Positions 17,386-26,919 of a stretch of 64,000 bases of DNA are shown piece by piece. A program made the translations under genes and the position numbers. Numbering within the stretch: position 1 is the first letter of the stretch; every line of letters begins with the position of its first letter. A model generated the notes under the pieces. That model was not told the DNA's origin, searched no databases, and saw only the letters and a list, made by a program, of their open reading frames with translations. Location of the stretch: the IMG/VR virus record IMGVR_UViG_3300030102_006934, positions 1-64,000 of that record; one strand, given 5' to 3'.

Positions 17386-18084
17386 ATGAAAAATAAAATA
17401 AAAAAAGAATTACTTAACGAGGAAATAAAAAAGTTTAAGTTAATGTCCGAGTATGCGTTTTATGAAGATAGAGACGAAAAAGAAGAATTAATACTAGGGA
17501 TGAATGAGGAAGATGAGGACACATCTGAAGAAGCCCCTGAAGAAGAATCAGAAGAATTAGGACTTGGTGACGAAGATGGAACATCTGAGGAAGCCCCTGA
17601 AGAAGAACCTGAAGAATTAGGATTTGGTGACGAAGAAGTTCCAGAAGAAGAATCAAATGAAGACGAGGTTGAACTAGATGTCACTGAATTAGTTAAAGGT
17701 TCTGAAGAAGCAAAAGCTTCAGCCGATTCAGCAAATGAAAAAATAGACCAATTAATGAACATGGTTGGTAATCTTGAAGGACAATTAAAATCTATGGAAG
17801 AAATTTCAGATAAAATTGAATCACTAGAAGGTGAATTAGAAAAAAGAGCCCCAACTCCAGAAGAAAAAATAGAAATGCGCTCTCTTGATTCTTATCCATA
17901 TAATTTAAAGCTAACTGATTTTTGGGGTGACCAAGAGGGTAAGTATGATGTTTTAAACAAAGATGAAGAAGGAAACAAAGAAAAAGAATATGTTTTAACT
18001 AAAGATGATGTTGATTATGATTATAATGATATTCATGTTAAAACATCACTAGATGACAACGATTACGTTGAAGACGAAATATAA
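17386..18084 (+). CDS. Highly acidic hypothetical protein, possible head scaffold/internal protein
   Basis: MKNKIKKELLNEEIKKFKLMSEY leader, Glu-rich linker, and coiled coil (ANEKIDQLMNMVGNLEGQLKSMEEISDKIESLEGELEK). Confidence 0.75.
   Translation: MKNKIKKELLNEEIKKFKLMSEYAFYEDRDEKEELILGMNEEDEDTSEEAPEEESEELGLGDEDGTSEEAPEEEPEELGFGDEEVPEEESNEDEVELDVTELVKGSEEAKASADSANEKIDQLMNMVGNLEGQLKSMEEISDKIESLEGELEKRAPTPEEKIEMRSLDSYPYNLKLTDFWGDQEGKYDVLNKDEEGNKEKEYVLTKDDVDYDYNDIHVKTSLDDNDYVEDEI
17521..17636 (+). repeat. 60-bp (20-aa) in-frame tandem duplication
   Basis: TSEEAPEEESEELGLGDEDG and TSEEAPEEEPEELGFGDEE start at 17521 and 17581. Confidence 0.9.
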
Positions 18085-18108
18085 AATTAAAAAAAAAATA
18101 TAAAAAAT

Positions 18109-18140
18109 ATGAGAACACATAAAATGTTCTCATTTTTTTT
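18109..18140 (+). terminator. Intrinsic terminator, possibly bidirectional
   Basis: ATGAGAACA (18109-18117), 7-nt loop, TGTTCTCAT (18125-18133), then T7; an A run also lies upstream. Confidence 0.8.
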
Positions 18141-18148
18141 ACCTAAAA

Positions 18149-18180
18149 GTTGCATAACTAAATAGTGTGTATTATATTTG
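18149..18180 (+). promoter_or_regulatory. Bacteroidota sigma-A type early promoter
   Basis: TTG (18150-18152), 20-nt spacer, TATATTTG (18173-18180). Confidence 0.7.
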
Positions 18181-18209
18181 CTAACGAATTTAAAAAAATC
18201 TTAAAGTAC

Positions 18210-18239
18210 TTTACTTTTTATAAAGTTTTAGTATATTTA
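18210..18239 (+). promoter_or_regulatory. Second promoter class TTTACT-N16-TATATT upstream of SSB
   Basis: TTTACT 18210-18215 and TATATTTA 18232-18239; the same spacing recurs at 29151, 41227, 51298 and 59491. Confidence 0.45.
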
Positions 18240-18286
18240 AGATAACAAAAATGTGCATAATAATGCAAAATATTATTAACTAAGAA

Positions 18287-18348
18287 TATTACTATTAAAA
18301 TTATTACAAATACAAATATTACGACTTATAAATATTACGCCTTATTAC
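18287..18348 (+). repeat. Five TATTAC direct repeats in the SSB leader
   Basis: TATTAC at 18287, 18302, 18317, 18333 and 18343 (spacings 15, 15, 16, 10); three are followed by G. Confidence 0.7.
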
Positions 18349-18397
18349 GACAGACTATTAAATAACACAATTAAAAACAAAACAAAAAACAATTATT

Positions 18398-19336
18398 ATG
18401 AGCAACGTTTTTGAAGCAATGATGAAGCAGTACGAAAATTCCCACAATGGAAGAACATCCACAACTGCAAAAAAGTATGATTTAAAGAATTATTTCAGTA
18501 CTTACTTACCAAAGGGTGTAAATCAAGAAACAAAAAGAATTAGAATTCTACCTCCAGCTGAAGGCGAAACAACACCCTTCACTGTTTTTTGGGGACATAA
18601 AGCCCAAGTGGAAGGTGAATGGAAAACATTTCCATGTCTTAAATTAGAAGACGATGAGGCATGCCCATTCTGTGAAGCTAGACAAGCTTTATTATCAACG
18701 GGTAAAGAGAGCGATAAGGAATTAGCTAAAAAATATTCTCCAAGAATGATGTATGTGGTTAAGATTATCGATAGAGATAATGAATCTGACGGTGTAAAAT
18801 TCTGGAGATTCAACCACGATTACAGAAAAACTGGAACTATGGATAAAATTATGGGGGCAATAAAAGCAGTTCAGCATGACATTACAGACACTGAAACTGG
18901 CAGAGATTTATTAATTAACATCGCAAGAGACCAAAACAATAGACCAGTTGTACAATCAATTACATATCCAATTGAATCAACACCTTTGAGTTCAGATGAG
19001 AATACTGTAAAAGAATGGGTTTCTGACACAAGAACCTGGAGAGATGTTTACAGTACTAGAAAGTATGATTATTTAGCAATTGTAGTTGGTGGTGAAACTC
19101 CAGTATGGGACAAACAGAAAGAAAAGTATGTTTCTAAGGAAAGTAGAGAATCAGAAGCTAATCAAAATGAAATTGATAGTCTAGACTCTGAATTAAGAAT
19201 GGGTTCCGAAACCAATGATAATGCTAATCATACTTTAGATTCAGTTAAAAATGAAAATGCATCAGTTGAAACTAAAGTTGTTGAAACTACATCAGCAAAT
19301 AGTTACGATGATGAAGATGATGATTTACCATTTTAA
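18398..19336 (+). CDS. gp32: Single-stranded DNA-binding protein, T4 gp32-like
   Basis: KRIRILPP...PFTVFWGH...FPCLK...ACPFCE (Zn ligands), VKFWRF, and acidic tail YDDEDDDLPF. Confidence 0.88.
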   Translation: MSNVFEAMMKQYENSHNGRTSTTAKKYDLKNYFSTYLPKGVNQETKRIRILPPAEGETTPFTVFWGHKAQVEGEWKTFPCLKLEDDEACPFCEARQALLSTGKESDKELAKKYSPRMMYVVKIIDRDNESDGVKFWRFNHDYRKTGTMDKIMGAIKAVQHDITDTETGRDLLINIARDQNNRPVVQSITYPIESTPLSSDENTVKEWVSDTRTWRDVYSTRKYDYLAIVVGGETPVWDKQKEKYVSKESRESEANQNEIDSLDSELRMGSETNDNANHTLDSVKNENASVETKVVETTSANSYDDEDDDLPF

Positions 19337-19356
19337 TGGTTATTAAAATAATAAAT

Positions 19357-19382
19357 GGGTGGTTTTTAGCCACCCTTTTTTT
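19357..19382 (+). terminator. Intrinsic terminator after SSB
   Basis: GGGTGGT, loop TTTTA, GCCACCC, then T7. Confidence 0.85.
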
Positions 19383-19399
19383 ACTAAAAATTAATTAAT

Positions 19400-20506
19400 A
19401 TGAATATGGCTAAAAAAGCACCTAAAAAAACTATTGGAAAAAAGAACTTTGATTTATCAAGTTTTAAAAAAAGTAACGGTATGGATATTACCGTAAAAGA
19501 AAAAGATTTAACGTGGATACCCATGTCAGATTCTTTTCATGAAGCATTAAAGATACCAGGATTAGCCAGAGGTTATTTTACATCATTCAGAGGTTATTCA
19601 AATACAGGAAAGTCTACAGCTATATATGAAGCAGTTGCTGGGGCTCAAAAAATTGGTGACTTACCAGTTATTATAGAGACTGAAGGCAATTGGTCTTGGG
19701 AACACGCCAAAAATATTGGTGTTAAGTTTGAAGAGATTATAGATGAAGACACTGGTGAAATTATTGATTACGAGGGTGATTTTATCTTTATGAATGGTGA
19801 TGATTTACTACAAAGATATAAATTTATAGACTATTCTAACGGTAAAGAGGGTACCAAACAATTAAGAGGTGAACCAGTTATTGAAGACGTTGCTAGAATA
19901 ATTAGTGACTTATTAGATGCACAGGATGAAGGTGATTTACCAAGAAACCTATGTTTTTTATGGGATTCAGTTGGTTCTATTAATGGGTTTAAATCAGTAA
20001 TGTCCAAGTCTAATAATAATCAATGGAACGCTGGCTCAATGGAGACAGCATTCAAGTCATTAACAAATCATAGAATACCAGCATCTAGAAAAATGGGTAA
20101 ACCATATACAAATACATTTGCTGTTGTACAAAAGATTTGGTTAGATAATGAGAACAAGGTTATTAAACACAAGGGTGGTGAAGCATTCTTCTACTCACCT
20201 AGAGTAATTGTTCATTTTGGTGGAATACTTTCACACTCTACAGTTAAATTGAAAGCAACATCTGCTGGAGAAACTTACCAGTTCGGCATTGAGACCAAAG
20301 TTAGATGTGAGAAAAATCAAGTTAATGGTATAGAGGAACATGGTAAATTAGCATCTACACCACATGGTTATTGGAATCCAGGAAAAATTGACCAGTACAA
20401 AAAAGAACATAAAGATTATATATTGAAAAGATTGAATACAACTCTTGACGATTTCGTAATCGAAAAAGAAGAACAAGGCTTCGGGATGGATGACCTTGGA
20501 GAGTAA
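19400..20506 (+). CDS. uvsX: RecA/UvsX-like recombinase
   Basis: Walker A RGYSNTGKST, PVIIETE, Walker B FLWDSVGS, and HKGGEAFFYS corresponding to RecA TGGNALKFYA. Confidence 0.88.
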   Translation: MNMAKKAPKKTIGKKNFDLSSFKKSNGMDITVKEKDLTWIPMSDSFHEALKIPGLARGYFTSFRGYSNTGKSTAIYEAVAGAQKIGDLPVIIETEGNWSWEHAKNIGVKFEEIIDEDTGEIIDYEGDFIFMNGDDLLQRYKFIDYSNGKEGTKQLRGEPVIEDVARIISDLLDAQDEGDLPRNLCFLWDSVGSINGFKSVMSKSNNNQWNAGSMETAFKSLTNHRIPASRKMGKPYTNTFAVVQKIWLDNENKVIKHKGGEAFFYSPRVIVHFGGILSHSTVKLKATSAGETYQFGIETKVRCEKNQVNGIEEHGKLASTPHGYWNPGKIDQYKKEHKDYILKRLNTTLDDFVIEKEEQGFGMDDLGE

Positions 20507-20535
20507 ACTATTTATTAACATTCTAATTAACATGA

Positions 20536-21594
20536 ATGAAAAGAAGACCACCTAAGCATGAAAGGGTAGTACAGAGTAAAAATGTTTTATTGGTAGATGG
20601 TAATGCCCTTTATAAAAGGGGCTTTATGGGTGCCAAAAACGAATACAATAGACATGGCCAACACATTGGCGGTATATATCAATTCATTACAGTATTAAGA
20701 AAATTAATTGACGAAAATCTTTATCATAAGGTTTTCGTTTTTTGGGATGGCGAGTTCTCTGGTAAATTAAGATGGGAAATATATAAAGATTATAAAAGTG
20801 GTAGAGGTAAAGACTATGTAAATGGTACTAAGCCAGAAGATTTAGAAGAGGTAGCTCAGAGAGGTACGGTATTTAATTACTTAGAGGAATTATATATTCG
20901 ACAATTAGTTGATGAAAAAGTTGAAGCGGACGATTTTATTGCTTATATTTGTAATACAAAAAAACAAAACGAAAAAATAACCATAGCTACAAGTGATAGA
21001 GATTTGTGTCAGCTAGTTAATGATGAAGTTAGAATGTATTTACTAGATTTAAAAAAATATATCACAACAGATAACTTCAAAAATTACTTTAAATATCACT
21101 ATGAAAATGTTGCTTTAGTTAAGATACTTACGGGAGATGTAAGTGATAGCATAAAAGGTGTTAAACGTTTGGGTGAAGAAACACTAATCAAATTATTTCC
21201 AGAAATAACTTATAAGAAAGTTAAACTAAATGATATAATTGAAAAAGCCAAAAAATTACAAGAAAGTAGGTTAGCTGAAAATAAAAAACCTTTAGCTGTG
21301 TTAACTAATATAATCAACGGAATAACCGATGGTATTCAGGGTGACAAACTATATAATATAAATGAAAAATTAGTTGACCTGAAAACCCCACTTTTAACTG
21401 ATAGTGCTATTAATAATGTTAAAGAATTGATAGACACCCCACTAAGTGATGATAGAAGTATAAAGAATGTCTATAGGATGCTAAAAAATGATGGTATTGA
21501 TTCCATTTTAGGTGAAAATAGATATGAAAATTACCTTTTACCTTTTAAAAAATTGATAGAAAGGGAAAAGAAGAATAATGAAATTTTAAGTTAA
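20536..21594 (+). CDS. 5'-3' exonuclease / RNase H (T4 rnh, Pol I N-terminal family)
   Basis: LLVDGNAL, VFWDG, VEADDFIA, TSDRDLCQL and helix-3-turn-helix LTGDVSDSIKGVKRLGEET. Confidence 0.92.
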   Translation: MKRRPPKHERVVQSKNVLLVDGNALYKRGFMGAKNEYNRHGQHIGGIYQFITVLRKLIDENLYHKVFVFWDGEFSGKLRWEIYKDYKSGRGKDYVNGTKPEDLEEVAQRGTVFNYLEELYIRQLVDEKVEADDFIAYICNTKKQNEKITIATSDRDLCQLVNDEVRMYLLDLKKYITTDNFKNYFKYHYENVALVKILTGDVSDSIKGVKRLGEETLIKLFPEITYKKVKLNDIIEKAKKLQESRLAENKKPLAVLTNIINGITDGIQGDKLYNINEKLVDLKTPLLTDSAINNVKELIDTPLSDDRSIKNVYRMLKNDGIDSILGENRYENYLLPFKKLIEREKKNNEILS

Positions 21595-21604
21595 ATTAAT
21601 ATTT

Positions 21605-22162
21605 ATGAAAAATCAAAAAAATAAAAGACGAAACTTTTGGGAAGACTTTAGATTCGAGTTTGTCCTATACATTAATAATGGTAGGAGAGAGGAAAGTGAC
21701 CACATAATATGCCAAAGGTTATTTGATGTTAAAAACTACAATGAAGAAGTTCTACATTCAATGGAATTAAAGGAAGTTATGGATGAAATAGCTGGTGTTA
21801 ATAACGGTATGTTTGGTGAAATGGGTATCATACCTAAATTCTTCAAAGAACAATCTAAAGAGGTTTGTTGGAAGCTATACAGACCATATCTAATTAATAA
21901 AACTGATGGTAATAGAAACTTATTTGAGAATGAAGACTTATTTACTTTTGAAATTAAGGTTGACAAAAAGACAATAGCTAAATCAGTCTTTTCTGGAAAT
22001 TGGTTTCAAACAGATGTTAGGTATGCTGTCAATATTAGAAAAATAATACCTAAAATTATTGAAGAAATTCAAAATACTTTTTCTAAAAAAGCTTATACGA
22101 CAACGTATGAGGGGTATGACTTAAAAAAGGTAATTGAAGACGTAGACTTTAAAGTTGATTAA
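21605..22162 (+). CDS. Hypothetical protein
   Basis: 185-aa ORF within the replication operon with an A-rich start context. Confidence 0.75.
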   Translation: MKNQKNKRRNFWEDFRFEFVLYINNGRREESDHIICQRLFDVKNYNEEVLHSMELKEVMDEIAGVNNGMFGEMGIIPKFFKEQSKEVCWKLYRPYLINKTDGNRNLFENEDLFTFEIKVDKKTIAKSVFSGNWFQTDVRYAVNIRKIIPKIIEEIQNTFSKKAYTTTYEGYDLKKVIEDVDFKVD

Positions 22163-22188
22163 TATATTTATTAAATACAAGTTTTAAA

Positions 22189-23625
22189 ATGAGCAAAATA
22201 AACAAAGACAATCTAGGTTATTTAGGTAAAGATTTTCAGTATAGATTAATACAACAAATAATAGTTGACCCAAAATTTGGAGAATCTATTATTGATATAC
22301 TTAAACCAAATTATTTCGATGACAGCTTCCTAAGAGCATTATCTAGTGAGATAGTAAATAACTATGATGAGTATGGCACAATTCCAGATATTAACAACTT
22401 AGAGTCCATAATATTATCAACAGCCAATGACGATATAGATAAGAAAATGTATGAAGACCATTTAGATATGGTTAAAAATGCTAATTTAAACAATGGTTTA
22501 AGAACACAGGATACAGCGATGAAATTCTGCAAACAACAAGAGTTAAAAAAATCTGTTGTTGAAATACAAAAAATAATCGATAAAGGTGATTTAGAAGATT
22601 ATATAAAGTGTGAAGAAATATTAAAAAAAGCGCTAGAAGTAGGTGAAAACAAGGATAGTGGTATTGATGTTTTTGAAGATATAGAATCTGTATTAGAAGA
22701 TGATTTTAGAGACCCCATAGCTACTGGTATTAATGGGTTAGACAGTTATATGGATGGTGGTTTATCTAAGACTGAGTTGGGCGTTATTTTAGCACCATTT
22801 GGGGTGGGTAAAACAACAATGATGACTAAACTGGGTAACCATGCTAAGAATATTGGTAAAAATGTAGTACAAATATTTTTTGAAGACAACCCAAAAGTTA
22901 TACAAAAGAAACATTTAGCTTGCTGGGTTAACCTTGAAGAAGACGTTGATTTAACTCTTAATGAATTAAATGAAAACACTGAAGAGGTTTTTAGAATTAA
23001 AGATAAGAGATATGGACAACCAGGGAAGATACAACTTAAAAAGTTTCCTAGTGACGGAACTACGATACCTCACATTAAACAATACATTAAAAAGTTAATA
23101 TCTCAAGGGTTCATACCAGATGTTGTACTTTTAGATTATATTGATTGTGTTCAATCCACAAAACAATATAAAGAAAGTTGGGATGCCGAGGGCAATGTCA
23201 TGAGGCAATTTGAAACAATGTTATCAGAAATGAATTTAGCTGGATGGACAGCTGTACAGGGTAATAGAAGCTCAATAGGTGCCGATAAAGTAGATTCAAC
23301 AATGATAGGGGGCTCTATAAAAAAAGGTCAAATAGGACATTTTATTGTCTCAATAGCTAAAACACTAGAACAAAAAGAAAGTGGACATGCTACCATGGCA
23401 ATACTAAAATCAAGATTTGGTAAAGATGGTATTATTTTCGAAGATATAGTATTCGATAATGGTAGAATAAAAATTGATATGACCGAAGGTGGTGAGCAAG
23501 GAAAAACATTCTTACAAACCGATGAAATGAATAAAAAAAGAGAGGTTGAAAGAGCTAATTCACTTAGGATTGCTATGTTAAATAGAACTGTAGGTGAAGT
23601 AGAAAATAATAATAATAATAATTAA
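22189..23625 (+). CDS. dnaB: Replicative DNA helicase, DnaB/T4 gp41 family (SF4)
   Basis: Walker A APFGVGKT, QIFFED, Walker B VLLDYIDC, AVQGNRSS, and arginine-finger region ILKSRFG. Confidence 0.92.
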   Translation: MSKINKDNLGYLGKDFQYRLIQQIIVDPKFGESIIDILKPNYFDDSFLRALSSEIVNNYDEYGTIPDINNLESIILSTANDDIDKKMYEDHLDMVKNANLNNGLRTQDTAMKFCKQQELKKSVVEIQKIIDKGDLEDYIKCEEILKKALEVGENKDSGIDVFEDIESVLEDDFRDPIATGINGLDSYMDGGLSKTELGVILAPFGVGKTTMMTKLGNHAKNIGKNVVQIFFEDNPKVIQKKHLACWVNLEEDVDLTLNELNENTEEVFRIKDKRYGQPGKIQLKKFPSDGTTIPHIKQYIKKLISQGFIPDVVLLDYIDCVQSTKQYKESWDAEGNVMRQFETMLSEMNLAGWTAVQGNRSSIGADKVDSTMIGGSIKKGQIGHFIVSIAKTLEQKESGHATMAILKSRFGKDGIIFEDIVFDNGRIKIDMTEGGEQGKTFLQTDEMNKKREVERANSLRIAMLNRTVGEVENNNNNN

Positions 23626-23640
23626 ATAATTATACGTAAT

Positions 23641-24600
23641 ATGTATTTAAAAAATTCAGACACGGAAAAAAGATATTCTATTTTTCCAATTAAAAATCAA
23701 GATTTATGGGATGCTTATAAAGCAGCCGAAAAACAAACATGGGTTGCTGAAGAAGTCAACCTCGCACAAGACGATTATGAATCACTAACAGAAGGTGAAA
23801 AGTTTTATTTAAAAAATATTTTAGCATTTTTTACAATATCAGATGGATTGGTTATTGATAATCTATGTGATAATGTTATTGATAATGTTGAGATAGCAGA
23901 AGCTAAGTATTATTATAATCACCAGATGTTTATGGAGCAAGTTCATGCAAATGGATATGCACTACTAATAGATACATACATTGAAGACCCACAAGAGAAG
24001 TCTGAATTATTTAATTCAATGTTAACGAATAGAGCCGTAAAATCAAAAGCGTCTTGGGCTGAATTTTGGTTAACTAACGGTACATTTGTTGAAAAATTAA
24101 TTGCTTTTGCATGTGTTGAGGGTATCGCATTTTCATCTGTATTTGCTGGAGTATTTTGGTTTAGAAGTAGAAATAAAATGCCTGGCTTAGCAGAGATGAA
24201 TGAACTCATATTAAGAGATGAATCATTTCACTATGAATTTGCTTTACAGATGTTTAAAAATTACATTAAAGACGAGTACAAACCAAATAAAGACAGAATC
24301 AGAGAAGTTATAATGTCTTGTTTTGAAACTGAAAAAAGATTTGTTGAAGAAAGTTTACCAGATGGGTTACAGGGAATGACCAAAGAAATGATGATTGAGT
24401 ATGTTGAATTTGTAACTGACATAGTATTAAATGATTTCATTGGTGAAACAGAATTCAACACAAAAAACCCACTTGATTTCATGAAGAAAATAGGGTTATC
24501 ATCAAAAAATAATTTCTTTGAAAGAAGAACTGGCGGTGGATATACCAGAGTTGATATACCTACAAGTAATGTTGGTATTTTTGATGATGCAGATTTTTAA
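23641..24600 (+). CDS. nrdB: Ribonucleotide reductase class Ia beta subunit
   Basis: WVAEEV, ISDGLV, EQVHANGY (radical Tyr present), VEGIAF, RDESFH, NFFERR. Confidence 0.95.
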   Translation: MYLKNSDTEKRYSIFPIKNQDLWDAYKAAEKQTWVAEEVNLAQDDYESLTEGEKFYLKNILAFFTISDGLVIDNLCDNVIDNVEIAEAKYYYNHQMFMEQVHANGYALLIDTYIEDPQEKSELFNSMLTNRAVKSKASWAEFWLTNGTFVEKLIAFACVEGIAFSSVFAGVFWFRSRNKMPGLAEMNELILRDESFHYEFALQMFKNYIKDEYKPNKDRIREVIMSCFETEKRFVEESLPDGLQGMTKEMMIEYVEFVTDIVLNDFIGETEFNTKNPLDFMKKIGLSSKNNFFERRTGGGYTRVDIPTSNVGIFDDADF

Positions 24601-24624
24601 TATTAACTAATAAAAAAAATATTT

Positions 24625-26793
24625 ATGAAAATTATTAAAAGAGATGGAAGTAGACAATCTTTCATGCCTAATAAAATATTGACTAGAATAAAGCAACAAT
24701 CTAAAGATTTAAACATTAAAGCGGATAAATTATTTCAAAAAGTTGTTCCTCATGTTAAAGATGAGATGACTGCAACTGATATAGATGAGATAATTGCATT
24801 TCAATGTGCTGATTTACAGATTGAGCATCCAGATTATGCAATACTTGGTGGTAGAATACTAATATCTAGACAAGCTAAGTTATTAGAGGTTGAAACAAAG
24901 GCTGTAGATGAAAAATTTGATTCATTTGCCGCATCTACATTTTTAAAAAAATACTCAAAAAAAGATGATAACAAAAAACCATTAGAGATACCATCAATGA
25001 TGCACAACAGGGTTGCAAATCACTTATACCCAGACTCATTCAAAGAGAGGAGAAAACTATTAAATGAGTTGTATAATAAAAAAGTTAATTTTGCCACACC
25101 CATTTTATCTAATTCTGGTATTGAAGGTAGGAACGGACTAATTAGCTGTAATTTAACTACACTAATGGACGATAGTATAGAAGGTATAAATCAAACATTA
25201 GATAAGATTGCACATGGCTCAAAGGAGGGTTCTGGAATAGGACTATGTATTGATAGATTAAGGAGTGCAAAGAGTATGGTTAGCAGCTTCAAGGGTCAGG
25301 CTGGTGGCGTTGTAAGATTTGCAGATATGGTACAATCTAAAATGAGATTTTTCAAACAAGGTAATAGGTCTGGAAGTTGTGCGTTATACTTGTCAACATG
25401 GCATAAAGATATTATACCTTTTCTAGAATTAAGATTACCAATTGGCGAGGAGTTAAATAGAGCCAGAGACTTATTCACAGCTGTAACAATAGATGATGTT
25501 TTTATGAATTGTTTAACAAGTGGCGAAAAGTATTATTTATTTTGTCCCAACGATATTAAAAAGGCTGGACTAAAACCTTTCTATGAAATACATGGTGAAG
25601 AATTTAAAGAAGAATATAATAAGGCAGTTGAGTTAGGTATAGGTGAAGCAATTGAACCTAAAAAAGTTTGGGACGCAATTGTTCGTTCACAAGTTGAGAG
25701 CGGAACACCATATACATTTTTTAAGGATAATGCCAACAAGATAAATATGCAAGATAATATAGGTATTGTTAATCAGTCAAACCTTTGTATTGAAATTATG
25801 CAAGCCAGCAAGCCAACCTATACACCTCAATGTACACTAGCCTCGGTTAATCTAGCTGAACATGAAAATCTTAAAAGTATTTCTAAATCGGTTAGAGTTT
25901 TAGTTAGGGCATTAAATAGAGTAATTGACAATAATAAATGGTCTGATGAATGGAGTAAAAATGCTGGTGAAGACCAAAGGGCCGTAGCAATAGGTGTTGC
26001 TGGGTTGGCAGATTTCTTCGCAAAGAAAAAGATTTCGTTTGAAAGTGAAGAGGCTAAAAAATGGAATCATGATATTTTTGAAACAATGTATAAGTCTGCT
26101 GTTGAAGAGAGCATGATTCTAGCTAATGAAGAAGGTGAAAATTACCCAGCATGGGAAGGTAGTAAATACTCTAAAGGAGAAACATATATTGATGGATGGT
26201 CACCATTAGAAAAGGGTGAACCAATACCCATGAGAAACTCATTATTAATAGGTTTAATGCCAACAGCCTCTAGTGCAATATTATTAGGCGCTTTTGAATG
26301 TTTTGAACCAGTAACATCAAATATATTTACAAGAATGGTTGGTGATGGTGAGTTTATTGTAGTGAATAAATACTTAGCTAGAGAGTTAGATGAATTAGAT
26401 TTATGGACTGAAGAAATAAGAGACCAAATTATAGCTAATGAAGGTAGTATTCAAGATATACAAGAAATACCACAAGACATTAGGTATAGATATAAAACAG
26501 TCTGGGAGATACCACAAAAAGTTTTATTAGAACTTTCCATAATTAGAAATAAGTTTGTGGACCAATCTCAAAGCTTAAATGTTTACCATAAAGATGCTAA
26601 ATATAGTAAAATATCAAGCGCATTAGTATTTGCCTGGAAAAAAGGCCTTAAGACTGGTTCTTACTATACTAGAACAGAGTCTAAATTAGGTAAAAATAAA
26701 AAACTATCAGCATCTGAAAACGCTATAACAAATACACCTAAAAAACCAGAAAATTCAATGTTCGTTTGTGCTGGTGGTGGATGTGACGCTTAG
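24625..26793 (+). CDS. nrdA: Ribonucleotide reductase class Ia alpha subunit with ATP cone
   Basis: MKIIKRDG ATP cone, ATPILSN, ISCNL, QSNLCIEI active site, LMPTASS, TGSYYTR, and C-terminal CAGGGC. Confidence 0.95.
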   Translation: MKIIKRDGSRQSFMPNKILTRIKQQSKDLNIKADKLFQKVVPHVKDEMTATDIDEIIAFQCADLQIEHPDYAILGGRILISRQAKLLEVETKAVDEKFDSFAASTFLKKYSKKDDNKKPLEIPSMMHNRVANHLYPDSFKERRKLLNELYNKKVNFATPILSNSGIEGRNGLISCNLTTLMDDSIEGINQTLDKIAHGSKEGSGIGLCIDRLRSAKSMVSSFKGQAGGVVRFADMVQSKMRFFKQGNRSGSCALYLSTWHKDIIPFLELRLPIGEELNRARDLFTAVTIDDVFMNCLTSGEKYYLFCPNDIKKAGLKPFYEIHGEEFKEEYNKAVELGIGEAIEPKKVWDAIVRSQVESGTPYTFFKDNANKINMQDNIGIVNQSNLCIEIMQASKPTYTPQCTLASVNLAEHENLKSISKSVRVLVRALNRVIDNNKWSDEWSKNAGEDQRAVAIGVAGLADFFAKKKISFESEEAKKWNHDIFETMYKSAVEESMILANEEGENYPAWEGSKYSKGETYIDGWSPLEKGEPIPMRNSLLIGLMPTASSAILLGAFECFEPVTSNIFTRMVGDGEFIVVNKYLARELDELDLWTEEIRDQIIANEGSIQDIQEIPQDIRYRYKTVWEIPQKVLLELSIIRNKFVDQSQSLNVYHKDAKYSKISSALVFAWKKGLKTGSYYTRTESKLGKNKKLSASENAITNTPKKPENSMFVCAGGGCDA

Positions 26794-26826
26794 CATTATA
26801 TAATATAGCATATATTATATTAAATT

Positions 26827-26854
26827 GGGGATTTCGAAAGATTTCCCCTTTTTT
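26827..26854 (+). terminator. Intrinsic terminator ending the replication block
   Basis: GGGGA...TC-GAAA-GA...TCCCC (GNRA loop with a 2x2 U-U internal loop), followed by a T run. Confidence 0.8.
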
Positions 26855-26896
26855 ATTTTTATAACTCTATTTATTTTACAAAAATTTTTATTATCA

Positions 26897-26904
26897 TATT
26901 TATC
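26897..26904 (+). promoter_or_regulatory. Putative late-promoter motif TATTTATC
   Basis: Lies after the terminator and 15 nt before the gp25-like ATG, where a new structural operon must start. Confidence 0.5.
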
Positions 26905-26919
26905 TATAAAGCAATTGTT

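Noticed and set aside
23607-23621. (AAT)5 microsatellite at the helicase C-terminus
   Set aside because: A short poly-Asn tail just before the stop in AT-rich DNA; no sign of phase variation.
19400-26793. Inteins, introns or homing endonucleases in UvsX, helicase or RNR
   Set aside because: Protein lengths and motif spacing are normal; no intein splice motifs or LAGLIDADG/HNH/GIY-YIG motifs were seen.
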